Below are positions 48,756 through 58,320 of a stretch of 64,000 bases of DNA, one piece after another. Below the pieces are notes generated by a model. That model had not been told where the DNA came from, did not search any database, and worked only from the letters and a program-made list of their open reading frames with translations. The position numbers were made by a program, and so were the translations under genes. Within the stretch, counting starts at the first letter, position 1. Each line of letters begins with the position of its first letter. Origin of the DNA: an uncultured Muribaculaceae bacterium (GTDB lineage Bacteria; Bacteroidota; Bacteroidia; Bacteroidales; Muribaculaceae); the NCBI GenBank assembly GCA_910579185.1, contig CAJTTG010000007.1:6979-70978 (forward strand). The letters are read 5' to 3'.

Positions 48756-49162
48756 AAAAATTTAATTTGGTTAATGATAATGATTTATAATGGTTAACAA
48801 AAAATTTGTTTCAGTTAAGGGCATGGACTCCCCCGGACAGCCTATGGCTCTCCGGAGTAGAAAGATTGGTGTTTCCGATCCGTTTTTCTATGATTGGTGC
48901 GTTTCTCAGGCGTGTCGCGCAAGCCCGACTGTGTTTAAATCCATGGCATTAACGGCTGTTAAGGCAATCTCTATTGCGGACACGTTTATGCGTTGCAAAT
49001 GTACTAAAAAAGCGAAAAATTACCCCCCCCAATTTGTTAAACAAGGTTAAAATACCCGTTCACCATGCGTTTTTAACGAATAAATCTCCCGATTTATAAC
49101 AAAACACCCCTCTGCATAACCCCTGCATATCTATAAATCCCCCCTCTCTCTACTCTCAATTC

Positions 49163-49455
49163 GGGGTAACGGCTCTCCGAGCCGTCTACCACTTACCCTC
49201 TCTCCAACTCTAAACTCTCCAACTCTGCACTCTAAACTCTACACTCTCCACTCTCAACCCGGGGTAACGGCTCTCCGAGCCGTCTACCGCTTGCCACCCC
49301 TCTACACTCTATACTCTATACTCTCAACTCGGGGTAACGGCTCTCCGAGCCGTCTACCGCTTGCCACCCCTCTACACTCTATACTCTAAACTCTATACTC
49401 TATACTCTCCAACTCTCCCACTCTCCAACTCTCCCACTCTACACTCTATACTCTA
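49163..49455 (-). repeat. Three copies of a second GTAG-type palindromic repeat within a CTCTAYA-like microsatellite
   Basis: GGGGTAACGGCTCTCCGAGCCGTCTACC at 49163-49190, 49261-49288 and 49331-49358. On the minus strand this reads GTAG-ACGGCTC-gga-GAGCCGT. Confidence 0.85.
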
Positions 49456-49511
49456 TAATAAAAAATCGGCGCGACATCAAATGCCACGCCGACCATATAC
49501 ACTATTATATA

Positions 49512-50936
49512 TTAGAAATTACCCTCAATCTCTGCCTGTTCAGCCTCCGTATTCTTGATATTGGGAGCTTCAAGGCCATAATGATGCTTCTTGTCGAGCA
49601 ACTTGAGCCAGAGGCCGAAGAACAATGCCAGCACGCCGAGTCCGGCAAGCATGATCAAAGGCCACGTATAATTATAGTCCAGTGGATCTGTCACACCGGG
49701 ATTGGTTGCTGTCAGCACCTTGCCTATCAGGATCGGGAAAAGCGCGAGACCTATGTTCTGAACCCAGAAGATCAGGGAGTAGGCCGATCCAAGGAAACGC
49801 TTGTCCATGATCTTCGGCACTGAGGGCCACAGGGCGGCCGGGACGAGCGAGAACGAAATGCCAAGGACTATGATTGCGGTGAACGCTACCCATGTGTAGG
49901 GGAACGAGGGAAGAACCAATGCGAATGTCAGGTGGCAGCAGATCATCAGGATCGCACCGAAGATAAGCATTGTGGCTCCTTTTCCTTTATGGTCGAGGAA
50001 TGCTCCGAGGAACGGGGTCAGCAGTGCCGCGCCGATCGGGAACCAGCGGAACACGTCGGCGGCAGCGGCTGCCGAGATGCCGAGGTTGCACTGGAGCATG
50101 TTGGCGGCATATTTCTGGAAGGGGAAGATGGCTGAGTAGTACAGCACGCAGAGCATCGCCACAATCCAGAAGAGCTTGCTGGAGAAGATGTTTTTCACGT
50201 CGGAGAGACGGAATTCCTCTTCCGGGTCGGAAGCAGTGCCGGCGCCGGTCTCGCGGTCGAGTTTCGCGTCAAACACGTCAAACACCATGAAGCAGATAAG
50301 TCCGATGAGCAGCAGGGCGGTGCAGAATGCCACGGGGACATATACCTCGTCAGGCATACCAAGCCATGTGTGGACTTTCGGCGAAATGGAGAAGATGGCG
50401 AAAACGCCAACTCGCGCTATGGCCATCTCAAGACCCATTGCCAGTGCCATTTCCTTTCCTTCAAACCATTTGGCTATCGCTTTGCTCACGGTGATGCCGG
50501 CCATCTCGCAGCCGCATCCGAAAATCATGAAGCCCAGCGACGCGAGCTTGGCAGTGGCCGGAAGCGAAACCCACCAGGAGTTGAGCCAGTTTTCAAGACC
50601 TGTGCCGGTGAACCATGGGCTTACGGCATAGAGTTTGATGCATGCGCCGATCACCATAACCGATGCGCTCAGGGTGCCGGTGAATCTCACACCCATCTTG
50701 TCGAGGATGATACCTGCCACGATCAGGAAACCGAACACGTTGAGAATATATTCGCTGGAACCGAAAGTGCCGTATGTGTCGGCATCCCAGTGGAGCTGAT
50801 CCTGGATAAGGGTCTGGATCGGAGAGATCACGTCGACAAACATGTAGGCGAAGAACATCATGGAGGCTATGAGGATCAATGCCGTCCAGCGGGCCCATGC
50901 TTTGTCGTTGAGTGCAACTTGGAGTTGTTTGGTCAT
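49512..50936 (-). CDS. MFS transporter
   Basis: About 12 TMs, 'GIILDKMGVR' and 'WFEGKEMALAMG'. Confidence 0.93.
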   Translation of the reverse strand: MTKQLQVALNDKAWARWTALILIASMMFFAYMFVDVISPIQTLIQDQLHWDADTYGTFGSSEYILNVFGFLIVAGIILDKMGVRFTGTLSASVMVIGACIKLYAVSPWFTGTGLENWLNSWWVSLPATAKLASLGFMIFGCGCEMAGITVSKAIAKWFEGKEMALAMGLEMAIARVGVFAIFSISPKVHTWLGMPDEVYVPVAFCTALLLIGLICFMVFDVFDAKLDRETGAGTASDPEEEFRLSDVKNIFSSKLFWIVAMLCVLYYSAIFPFQKYAANMLQCNLGISAAAAADVFRWFPIGAALLTPFLGAFLDHKGKGATMLIFGAILMICCHLTFALVLPSFPYTWVAFTAIIVLGISFSLVPAALWPSVPKIMDKRFLGSAYSLIFWVQNIGLALFPILIGKVLTATNPGVTDPLDYNYTWPLIMLAGLGVLALFFGLWLKLLDKKHHYGLEAPNIKNTEAEQAEIEGNF

Positions 50937-51091
50937 AACTTTTTGGTTTGAAATATGGTAATTGATTGAATTTTTGTGAGCGATGCTGCAAAATTACATA
51001 GTTTTCTGTAGATTTGCGTGCTTTTCTGCGCTTTTGTATCCTCTTTTTTCGCAAATTTTGTCATTACGGCGGAAATAGTTACTTTTGCTTT

Positions 51092-52363
51092 ATGAATTAC
51101 AGAATCTATCCTCCACAAGATATTTTGCAGGCCACGGTCGATCTGCCGCTTTCTAAAAGCGTCAGCAACAGGGCGATAATGATTGGCGCTCTGGCCTCGC
51201 CTCAGGTTGTGCCGCAGCCGTTGGCCGACTGTTCCGACACTCGGGTGATGCTCGCGGCTGTCAATTCTTCCGACGAGACGGTCGATGTAGCCGATGCAGG
51301 TACGGCCATGCGGTTTCTCACGGCTTGGTTCGCTTGCCGCCCCGGACGCACAGTGCGTCTGGTCGGCACGGAACGCATGTGCAACAGGCCGATTGGCCCG
51401 TTGGTAGAGGCATTGAGGCAGTGTGGCGCACAGATCGATTATCTTGGTAATGAAGGCTTTCCGCCGTTGCTGATCCACGGACAGCAGCTGACGGGCGGCG
51501 ATATCCGCATTGATGCCACCATCAGTTCGCAGTTCATTTCCGCGCTGCTGATGATCGCACCGCTCATGGCTGATGGAGTGCGGCTTACGCTTGATGGCGA
51601 CGCTGCCTCGCTGCCATATATCGACCTGACTCTCTCGATGATGAACCGGGCCGGCGCCTCGGCTGAACGGACAGTCGATCTGATCGAGGTAGCCCCCGGC
51701 GGATACCGTGATGCAGAAGCGCTTAAAGCCGAAAAAGACTGGAGTGCGGCCGCGTTCTGGTACGAGATTGAGGCTCTTACCTGTGGATTCCTGACGTTGA
51801 CCGGACTCGATCTCGGTTCGCGGCAGCCCGACCGGCGTGCCGTTGATATTTTCGCTGATCTGGGTGTGGCTACATCGGAAGGGGAGGACTCCCTCGAGGA
51901 TGTCGATCTCGCAGGATCGCCCGATTCCTCGCCGCGGCTCACGGTCGACCTCGCCGCAACCCCCGATCTCGCGCCGGCTGTGATCGTCACCTGCGCCATG
52001 AATGGTGTTCCGTTCAATATCTCAGGCCTCCACTCCTTGAAAATCAAAGAGTGCGACCGCATGGCGGCTCTCGCCGATGAGTTGTTGAAAATCGGTGTCG
52101 TCACGGAAATTGTCGGCGATCACACGATGATATGGGACGGTCGCCGACGCCCCGTGCTCGAGATCCCTCAGTTTGAAACATACGGCGACCACCGCATGGC
52201 TATGGCGCTGGCTCCCGTTTGCGCCTATATTCCCGGAATCGTGATCAAGGATGCCGGGGTGGTAGGAAAGTCTTATCCATCTTTCTGGGACGACCTGCGT
52301 TCGGCCGGATTTACCGTTGTCGATGCTGATGCCCCGGAACAATCACAGGAAAACCTGGAATGA
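51092..52363 (+). CDS. aroA: 3-phosphoshikimate 1-carboxyvinyltransferase
   Basis: 'SKSVSNR', 'AGTAMRF', 'SSQFISALL', 'KECDR', 'DHRMAMA' and 'KSYP'. Start set at MNYRIY. Confidence 0.97.
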   Translation: MNYRIYPPQDILQATVDLPLSKSVSNRAIMIGALASPQVVPQPLADCSDTRVMLAAVNSSDETVDVADAGTAMRFLTAWFACRPGRTVRLVGTERMCNRPIGPLVEALRQCGAQIDYLGNEGFPPLLIHGQQLTGGDIRIDATISSQFISALLMIAPLMADGVRLTLDGDAASLPYIDLTLSMMNRAGASAERTVDLIEVAPGGYRDAEALKAEKDWSAAAFWYEIEALTCGFLTLTGLDLGSRQPDRRAVDIFADLGVATSEGEDSLEDVDLAGSPDSSPRLTVDLAATPDLAPAVIVTCAMNGVPFNISGLHSLKIKECDRMAALADELLKIGVVTEIVGDHTMIWDGRRRPVLEIPQFETYGDHRMAMALAPVCAYIPGIVIKDAGVVGKSYPSFWDDLRSAGFTVVDADAPEQSQENLE

Positions 52364-52794
52364 TCCTCGCACTCTACATATTGATCGCCCTTGTGGCTGT
52401 CGGATCGCTGCTCTATATCCTGCATCGCCGCGATCTGCGCCGTAATCCCCCGGCTGAGGCTGAAGCCGCCACGACGGTGGAGGACGACAGCCAATGTTGC
52501 GGAATGCACATCACTTGCGAGAAGGATTCACTGCTGACCTCGGTCAGCAAGGAGATCGAATACTACGATGATGAAGAACTCGACCGCTTCCGCGGTCGGC
52601 GTTCAACGGACTATGCCGACGATGAGATAGAAGAGTTCCGCAACGTGCTGCTGACTCTGCTTCCCGGCGATATCGCAGGGTGGGGGCGCAGCATCCAGCT
52701 CCGGGGCATTGAGCTTCCCGACGATGTTCGCGACGAACTGTTGCTCATAGTCGCCGAGGCCCGTAAATCCTCAGTTCACAACAATCCCGTCTGA
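52360..52794 (+). CDS. Membrane-anchored conserved protein with a CCGxHxxC motif
   Basis: N-terminal TM, 'CCGMHITCEKDSLL' and 'YYDDEELDRFRG'. Confidence 0.75.
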   Translation: MILALYILIALVAVGSLLYILHRRDLRRNPPAEAEAATTVEDDSQCCGMHITCEKDSLLTSVSKEIEYYDDEELDRFRGRRSTDYADDEIEEFRNVLLTLLPGDIAGWGRSIQLRGIELPDDVRDELLLIVAEARKSSVHNNPV

Positions 52795-52805
52795 TCCTGT
52801 TGGCC

Positions 52806-55800
52806 ATGTGGGAAATATTCCAATATCCGTTTTTCCGTAACGCCATCGCCGGTGTCCTGATCATCAGTGTGGCCGCGGCCATCATCGGCACGTATATCGT
52901 CACACGGCGGTTGGTCTCCATCAGCGGTGGGGTGACCCACGCCTGTTTCGGTGGTCTCGGATTGGGCTATTATCTCGGCATAAATCCCGTTGCCGCTGCT
53001 GCCGTGGTGGCTGTGGCGGCATCACTCGGCGTGGAATGGATGTCCTCGCGCCATCGGATGCGCGAGGATTCCGCGATTGCCGTTGTATGGGCGTTGGGAA
53101 TGGCCATGGGCGTGTTTTTCGTGTTCATGACCCCCGGCTATGTCCCTGAACTCAACTCGTTTCTGTTCGGCAATGTGCTGACCATCGCCTCCGCCGATCT
53201 TTGGGCTTTCGGAATATTCACCCTTGTGCTGATCGCCTTTGTCGCCCTGTTCTACCGTCAGGTTGTGGCGTGTGCCTTCGACCGTGATTTCGCTCTGGTC
53301 ATGCACATGCCCGTGCGGTTTATCACGCTCTCCATGACGGTTCTTGTCGCCGTCTGCATTGTGCTGACAATCCGGCTTGTCGGAGTCATGCTCCTGATGT
53401 CGATGCTGGCAATGCCCCAGATTATTTCTGAGGTGTTCTGCCGCCGGTTCCGCTCCATGATGTTTTGCTCTATCGCTGTATCTGCTGTATGCTGTCTGTT
53501 GGGGCTTATGATGAGCGCATGGGTCGATGTGCCTTGTTCGGCATTGATAGTGATGATAATGGTTGCTGTCTACATCCTTGCACGCATCGTCGCCCGGTTC
53601 CGTCATGGGAGCAATGGGGTTGTGGCTATGGTAGCGGTTCTGGTCTGCCTACTGTCGCTCGGTTCTTGCAGCATGAAAAAAAACACTGCCGCCACGCGTC
53701 AGTACACGGCCTTCATCACTCGCTACAACATTTATTTCAACGGCGACGAGCATTATCGCGAGACGTTGCAGAAAATGGAAAACGAATATGCCGACGATTA
53801 TAGCCGGACGTTATATCTCCACCCGGCCGAGGCCTATTCTGATGAAAAAGCGCCGCAGCCGTCGGGCGATTTCAAACGCTCGATTGAAAAGGCCCAAAAG
53901 GCGATCCAGCTGCGTTCGATAAAGAAACGCCCGGCACGAAAACCGGGCAAAAGTTCTGATCCTGAATACAAGAAATGGCTCAAACGCGAGGAATACAACC
54001 CTTTTCTCCACAATGCATGGATGATGATGGGGCGCAGCCAGTACATGAATGGTGATTTCCTCGGGGCATCCGCAACGTTCTATTATGTCGCCAAACATTT
54101 TTCATGGTTGCCGCAGACGGTGACGGAAGCCAAACTGTGGCAGGCCCGATGCTATTGCGCCATCGACTGGCTTTTCGATGCCGAGGCCATCCTATCGAAA
54201 ATAAAGGATAAGGAGATTGCCGACAATTCGACCCTTCAGCGTCTCTACTATTTCGCATACGCCGATTTCTATGTGAAGTCGCATGAGTATGCCAAAGCCG
54301 CTCCTATGTTGGAGAAGGCAATCAAATATGCGAAAGGGGCACAGAAAATCCGGCTCACTTTTCTTTTGGGACAGGTTCTTGAACTGGATGGACAGAAAGA
54401 GGCTGCCTATCAGGCGTTCAGGAAGGTAGGTTCCATGTCCGGAGCCAACTATCGCACGAAGTTCAATGCGCGGATAAAACAGAGTGAAGTGTTTCAAGGT
54501 CAGGATATTTCCAAGGAGGTCAAGGCTCTGGAGTCTATGACGCGCTATGGCAGCAACCGCGAATATCTTGATCAGATCTATTACGCTATTGGCAATCTCT
54601 ACCTCTCGCGTTCCGATACGGCGAAAGCCATATCAAGCTATGAAAAGGCAGTGGCCTCGTCGACGCGAAATGGGATTGACAAGGCTCTGGCGCAGATCAC
54701 TTTAGGCGGATTGTACTACGATCGCCACGACTATGATAAGGCACAGCCCTGCTATTCCGAGGCTATTCCGCAGTTACCGGAGTCATATCCCGATTACAAA
54801 GCCTTGCAGCGCCGAAGCGATGTGCTCGACGAGCTTGCGGTGTATTCCCAGAATGTCACGCTTCAGGACTCATTGCTCAGACTTGCCGACATGACGCCTG
54901 AGCAACAGCGTGAGGTGGTCGACAAGATAATCTCCGACCTCAAAAAGCGTGAGCAGGAGGAAGCGGAAAATGCTGCGCGTGAGGCTTATCTCGCTGAGCA
55001 GGCAGCAGCCGGATCCGGTTTGCAGCAGGGGACGACAGCCGCGCCGACAACATTCGCGCTCAACACCGATAAGTCGTGGTATTTCTATAACGAGGCCACC
55101 CGTAATGCCGGCCGCACTGAGTTCCAGAAACGTTGGGGCAGCCGACGTCTGGAGGATGACTGGCGTCGTCGCAACAAAAATGTCTATGTGCCTTTCTCTG
55201 ATACGGATAGCTACGAAGCAGAGGGTGATGATGCTGTGCCGGATACGGATGGCGACGATGCCACGGCCGAGGAATCGTCGGCTGAGCGTGAGGCTGCTGA
55301 GCATGCCGCCGATCCGCATTTCCCGGAATACTATCTGCGTCAGATCCCGTCGACTCCGGCCGAGCGTCAGACAGCCAATGATGTCATCCAGGAGGGACTC
55401 TACAATATGGGTGTCATACTGAAAGATAAGCTCGATGATGTCCCGGCTGCCGAATATGAGTTCAGCCAATTGCTGCAGCGTTATCCCGATAATGTGTATC
55501 GCCTTGATACGTACTACAATATGTATCTCATGTATGCCCGTACCGGCAATGAGGCTATGGCCGCGCATTTCCGCAATCTTATCCTCAGTGAATTCCCGGA
55601 CACACGTCAGGGTGAGGCATTGGCGGATCCTCGCTATATGGACAAGCTGATGCGGATGACGGAGATGGAAAACAAGCTCTACGATCAGGCCTATGCCGCA
55701 TATCTCGCCAACGATAATAACCGGGTTCATCAGATCTACAGGCAGATGCGTGAGGACTATCCCATGAGCCGTGTGATGCCGAAGTTCATGTTCCTGGAGG

Positions 55801-56714
55801 CTCTGAGCTATGTGACGGAGAATAATCCTGCGAAGTTTGCCGAGACGCTGGAGGCTCTTGTAGGCCGTTATCCCGATACTGATGTCTCGCCGCTTGCTTC
55901 CTCCTATCTCTCTCAGCTGGCGCAGGGCAGGCCGTTGCACTCTTCGGGTTCCAATATGCGTGGCCTTGTGTGGTCAACCCGTCTGGGCGCGGATTCGACG
56001 GCTTATTCAACGGGTGAGCTAACGGAATTTGATTTCGATTCTGACGGACCGCAGGATATGGTGCTGATATATGCCGCCGATCGGGTCAATGGCAATCAGC
56101 TTCTGTTCGATGTGGCGCGTCATAATTTCTCGTCATTCATGGTCAGTGATTTCGATCTTGAGCAGATGCGGTTCGGAAATCTTGGCATGATTGTGGTTTC
56201 GGGATTCCGAAATGAGGCTGAAGCCGCTGAGTATCGTTCCACTCTTGAGAAAGGTAGCTTCGACCGGATGCCCCCCGGGGTAGTGCCGCTGATCATATCG
56301 CAACACAATTTCGACATCCTTCTGTCGGAAGGACGTACATTGGAGGAATATTTCGAGGCTGCCGGCGACAACCGGATCGAACGCATCCACGACATGATTG
56401 TGCAGCCCGAGGAGGAACCCCTTGAAGTGCCGCAGACGGCTCCGCCAGTCAAGACTCCGGTAAACCCTGTAGCTCCTGCTCAGCCATCGGTAGCTCCTGA
56501 AACTCCTGTCGTTCCGGATGAGGAAGAACCTGAGAAAGATGATTCGCAGAATCCTGTGATTTCAGAGCCGGTCCCCGAACCCGGTTTACCGGCCGCTCCT
56601 GAGACTCCCTCTGCCCCCGAAACTCCGGTGGACGATCCGGAAGAGGATCCATACGATATTCCTATACCGATGCTGCCCAAAGGCCGTCCGCCGGTTGCTC
56701 CCAAAGTCGGATGA
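52806..56714 (+). CDS. Fusion of a ZnuB-type metal ABC permease and a PorW/SprE-like TPR lipoprotein (T9SS)
   Basis: First ~265 aa are an ABC-3 permease ('GVTHACFGG', 'EDSAIAVVW', 'FLFGNVL'). Then lipobox LGSC and 'SMKKNTAATRQYTAFITRYNIYFNG', TPRs, 'WYFYN' and 'FQKRWGSRRLEDDWRR' of SprE/PorW. Confidence 0.85.
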   Translation: MWEIFQYPFFRNAIAGVLIISVAAAIIGTYIVTRRLVSISGGVTHACFGGLGLGYYLGINPVAAAAVVAVAASLGVEWMSSRHRMREDSAIAVVWALGMAMGVFFVFMTPGYVPELNSFLFGNVLTIASADLWAFGIFTLVLIAFVALFYRQVVACAFDRDFALVMHMPVRFITLSMTVLVAVCIVLTIRLVGVMLLMSMLAMPQIISEVFCRRFRSMMFCSIAVSAVCCLLGLMMSAWVDVPCSALIVMIMVAVYILARIVARFRHGSNGVVAMVAVLVCLLSLGSCSMKKNTAATRQYTAFITRYNIYFNGDEHYRETLQKMENEYADDYSRTLYLHPAEAYSDEKAPQPSGDFKRSIEKAQKAIQLRSIKKRPARKPGKSSDPEYKKWLKREEYNPFLHNAWMMMGRSQYMNGDFLGASATFYYVAKHFSWLPQTVTEAKLWQARCYCAIDWLFDAEAILSKIKDKEIADNSTLQRLYYFAYADFYVKSHEYAKAAPMLEKAIKYAKGAQKIRLTFLLGQVLELDGQKEAAYQAFRKVGSMSGANYRTKFNARIKQSEVFQGQDISKEVKALESMTRYGSNREYLDQIYYAIGNLYLSRSDTAKAISSYEKAVASSTRNGIDKALAQITLGGLYYDRHDYDKAQPCYSEAIPQLPESYPDYKALQRRSDVLDELAVYSQNVTLQDSLLRLADMTPEQQREVVDKIISDLKKREQEEAENAAREAYLAEQAAAGSGLQQGTTAAPTTFALNTDKSWYFYNEATRNAGRTEFQKRWGSRRLEDDWRRRNKNVYVPFSDTDSYEAEGDDAVPDTDGDDATAEESSAEREAAEHAADPHFPEYYLRQIPSTPAERQTANDVIQEGLYNMGVILKDKLDDVPAAEYEFSQLLQRYPDNVYRLDTYYNMYLMYARTGNEAMAAHFRNLILSEFPDTRQGEALADPRYMDKLMRMTEMENKLYDQAYAAYLANDNNRVHQIYRQMREDYPMSRVMPKFMFLEALSYVTENNPAKFAETLEALVGRYPDTDVSPLASSYLSQLAQGRPLHSSGSNMRGLVWSTRLGADSTAYSTGELTEFDFDSDGPQDMVLIYAADRVNGNQLLFDVARHNFSSFMVSDFDLEQMRFGNLGMIVVSGFRNEAEAAEYRSTLEKGSFDRMPPGVVPLIISQHNFDILLSEGRTLEEYFEAAGDNRIERIHDMIVQPEEEPLEVPQTAPPVKTPVNPVAPAQPSVAPETPVVPDEEEPEKDDSQNPVISEPVPEPGLPAAPETPSAPETPVDDPEEDPYDIPIPMLPKGRPPVAPKVG

Positions 56715-56760
56715 TCCTGCTCTACTCTCCTTTTTATGAATCTGTTGAAAAATTATTATC

Positions 56761-58311
56761 ATGAACCGAATGACATTACTCTGGGCCGATGATGAAATAG
56801 ATCTGTTGAAACCACATATCATGTTTTTGCGTGGCAAAGGCTATGATGTGGAGACGGTCAATTCCGGGGCTGATGCGCTTGATCTTGCGGCACGTCGCCA
56901 TTTCGATCTTATCATTCTCGACGAGAATATGCCCGGATTGACCGGACTGGAGACCCTGTCACGGATAAAGATGATTCTGCCCAATGTCCCGGTGATTATG
57001 ATAACCAAAAGCGAGGAGGAGAATATCATGGATCAGGCGGTGGGCAGTAAAATTGCCGATTATCTGATCAAGCCTGTCAATCCGAGCCAGATATTGCTTT
57101 CGATCAAGAAAAACCTTCATTCGGCTCAGCTTGTCTCTGAAAAATCATCTACGGAATATCGTCAGGACTTCGGAAAGATCACGTCGCTGATCAATGATTC
57201 ATACACTCTCTCGGACTGGATGGAGACCTACCGCACGCTCGTCCACTGGGAGCTGGAGCTGACAGCAGCCGGGACTACTGACATGGACGAGATGCTTTCG
57301 CTTCAGAAAAACGAGGCCAATGGTGCCTTCTCCAAATTCGTCCGCAAAAATTATGCGTCGTGGATGGATCCCGATGATCCGCAACGTCCGTTGATGAGTC
57401 CCGATATTTTCCGGCGCAAGGTCTTCCCATTGCTTGATGCCGGCGAAAAGGTGTTCTTCATCCTGATAGACAATTTCCGCTTTGACCAATGGCGTGCTAT
57501 TCGGCCGCTCCTGGGCGAATATTTCACATTCGACGACGATCTCTACTGCTCGATACTTCCCACGGCCACGCAATATGCGCGAAACGCCATTTTTTCCGGA
57601 CTTATGCCGCTCGACATCGAACGGATGTTTCCCGAACTGTGGGTCGACGAGGACAGCGAGGAGGGCAAGAATCTCAATGAATCACCATTAATCGCCACGC
57701 AGTTTGACCGCTTCCGCCGCCGTTGCCGTTTCTCCTACAATAAGATTAACGATACCGCCGGTGGCGAACGTCTGTTGCGCGATTTCGCATCGCTGGAACA
57801 GAACGACCTGAATGTGGTGGTGTTCAATTTCATCGATATGCTGTCGCATGCCAGAACGGAGAGCCGTATGATCCGCGAATTGGCATCAAGCAATGCCGCC
57901 TACCGCTCGCTGACGGAGTCCTGGTTCCGCCATTCTACGGCTCTTGAGCTGTTCCGGCGTGTGGCTGCCAAGGGCTACAAGATAGTGCTGACCACTGACC
58001 ATGGTTCCATACGTGTCGATAATCCGGTGAAAGTGGTGGGCGAGAAGAACACCAACACTAATCTGCGTTATAAGCTCGGCCGCAATCTCAACTACAATCC
58101 TCGTCAGGTCTACGAGATAACGAAACCTAAGCAATTCGGTCTTCCGGCTCCTAATGTGTCGACTGCATATATCTTCGCTTCCGGCCGCGACTTTTTCGCC
58201 TACCCGAATAATTATAACTATTACGTTCAATACTATACAGATACATTTCAGCACGGAGGCATTTCAATGGAAGAGATGCTCGTGCCTATCATAACATTAA
58301 CAGCTAAATAA
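56761..58311 (+). CDS. porX: PorX-type response regulator (REC plus PglZ phosphatase-like domain)
   Basis: 'LWADDEIDLLKPH', 'LDENMPG', 'IDNFRFDQW', 'SILPTATQYARNAIFSG', 'TTDHG' and 'FQHGGISMEEM'. Confidence 0.92.
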   Translation: MNRMTLLWADDEIDLLKPHIMFLRGKGYDVETVNSGADALDLAARRHFDLIILDENMPGLTGLETLSRIKMILPNVPVIMITKSEEENIMDQAVGSKIADYLIKPVNPSQILLSIKKNLHSAQLVSEKSSTEYRQDFGKITSLINDSYTLSDWMETYRTLVHWELELTAAGTTDMDEMLSLQKNEANGAFSKFVRKNYASWMDPDDPQRPLMSPDIFRRKVFPLLDAGEKVFFILIDNFRFDQWRAIRPLLGEYFTFDDDLYCSILPTATQYARNAIFSGLMPLDIERMFPELWVDEDSEEGKNLNESPLIATQFDRFRRRCRFSYNKINDTAGGERLLRDFASLEQNDLNVVVFNFIDMLSHARTESRMIRELASSNAAYRSLTESWFRHSTALELFRRVAAKGYKIVLTTDHGSIRVDNPVKVVGEKNTNTNLRYKLGRNLNYNPRQVYEITKPKQFGLPAPNVSTAYIFASGRDFFAYPNNYNYYVQYYTDTFQHGGISMEEMLVPIITLTAK

Positions 58312-58320
58312 ATATTAAAA

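Noticed and set aside
49163..49358. CRISPR array (three identical 28-bp palindromic repeats)
   Set aside because: Spacers are unequal (70 and 42 bp), low-complexity and similar to each other. There are no cas genes, and the GTAG foot fits a REP better.
54870..55940. 356-aa antisense ORF within the porW region
   Set aside because: Fully overlaps a well-supported gene and has no protein-like features.
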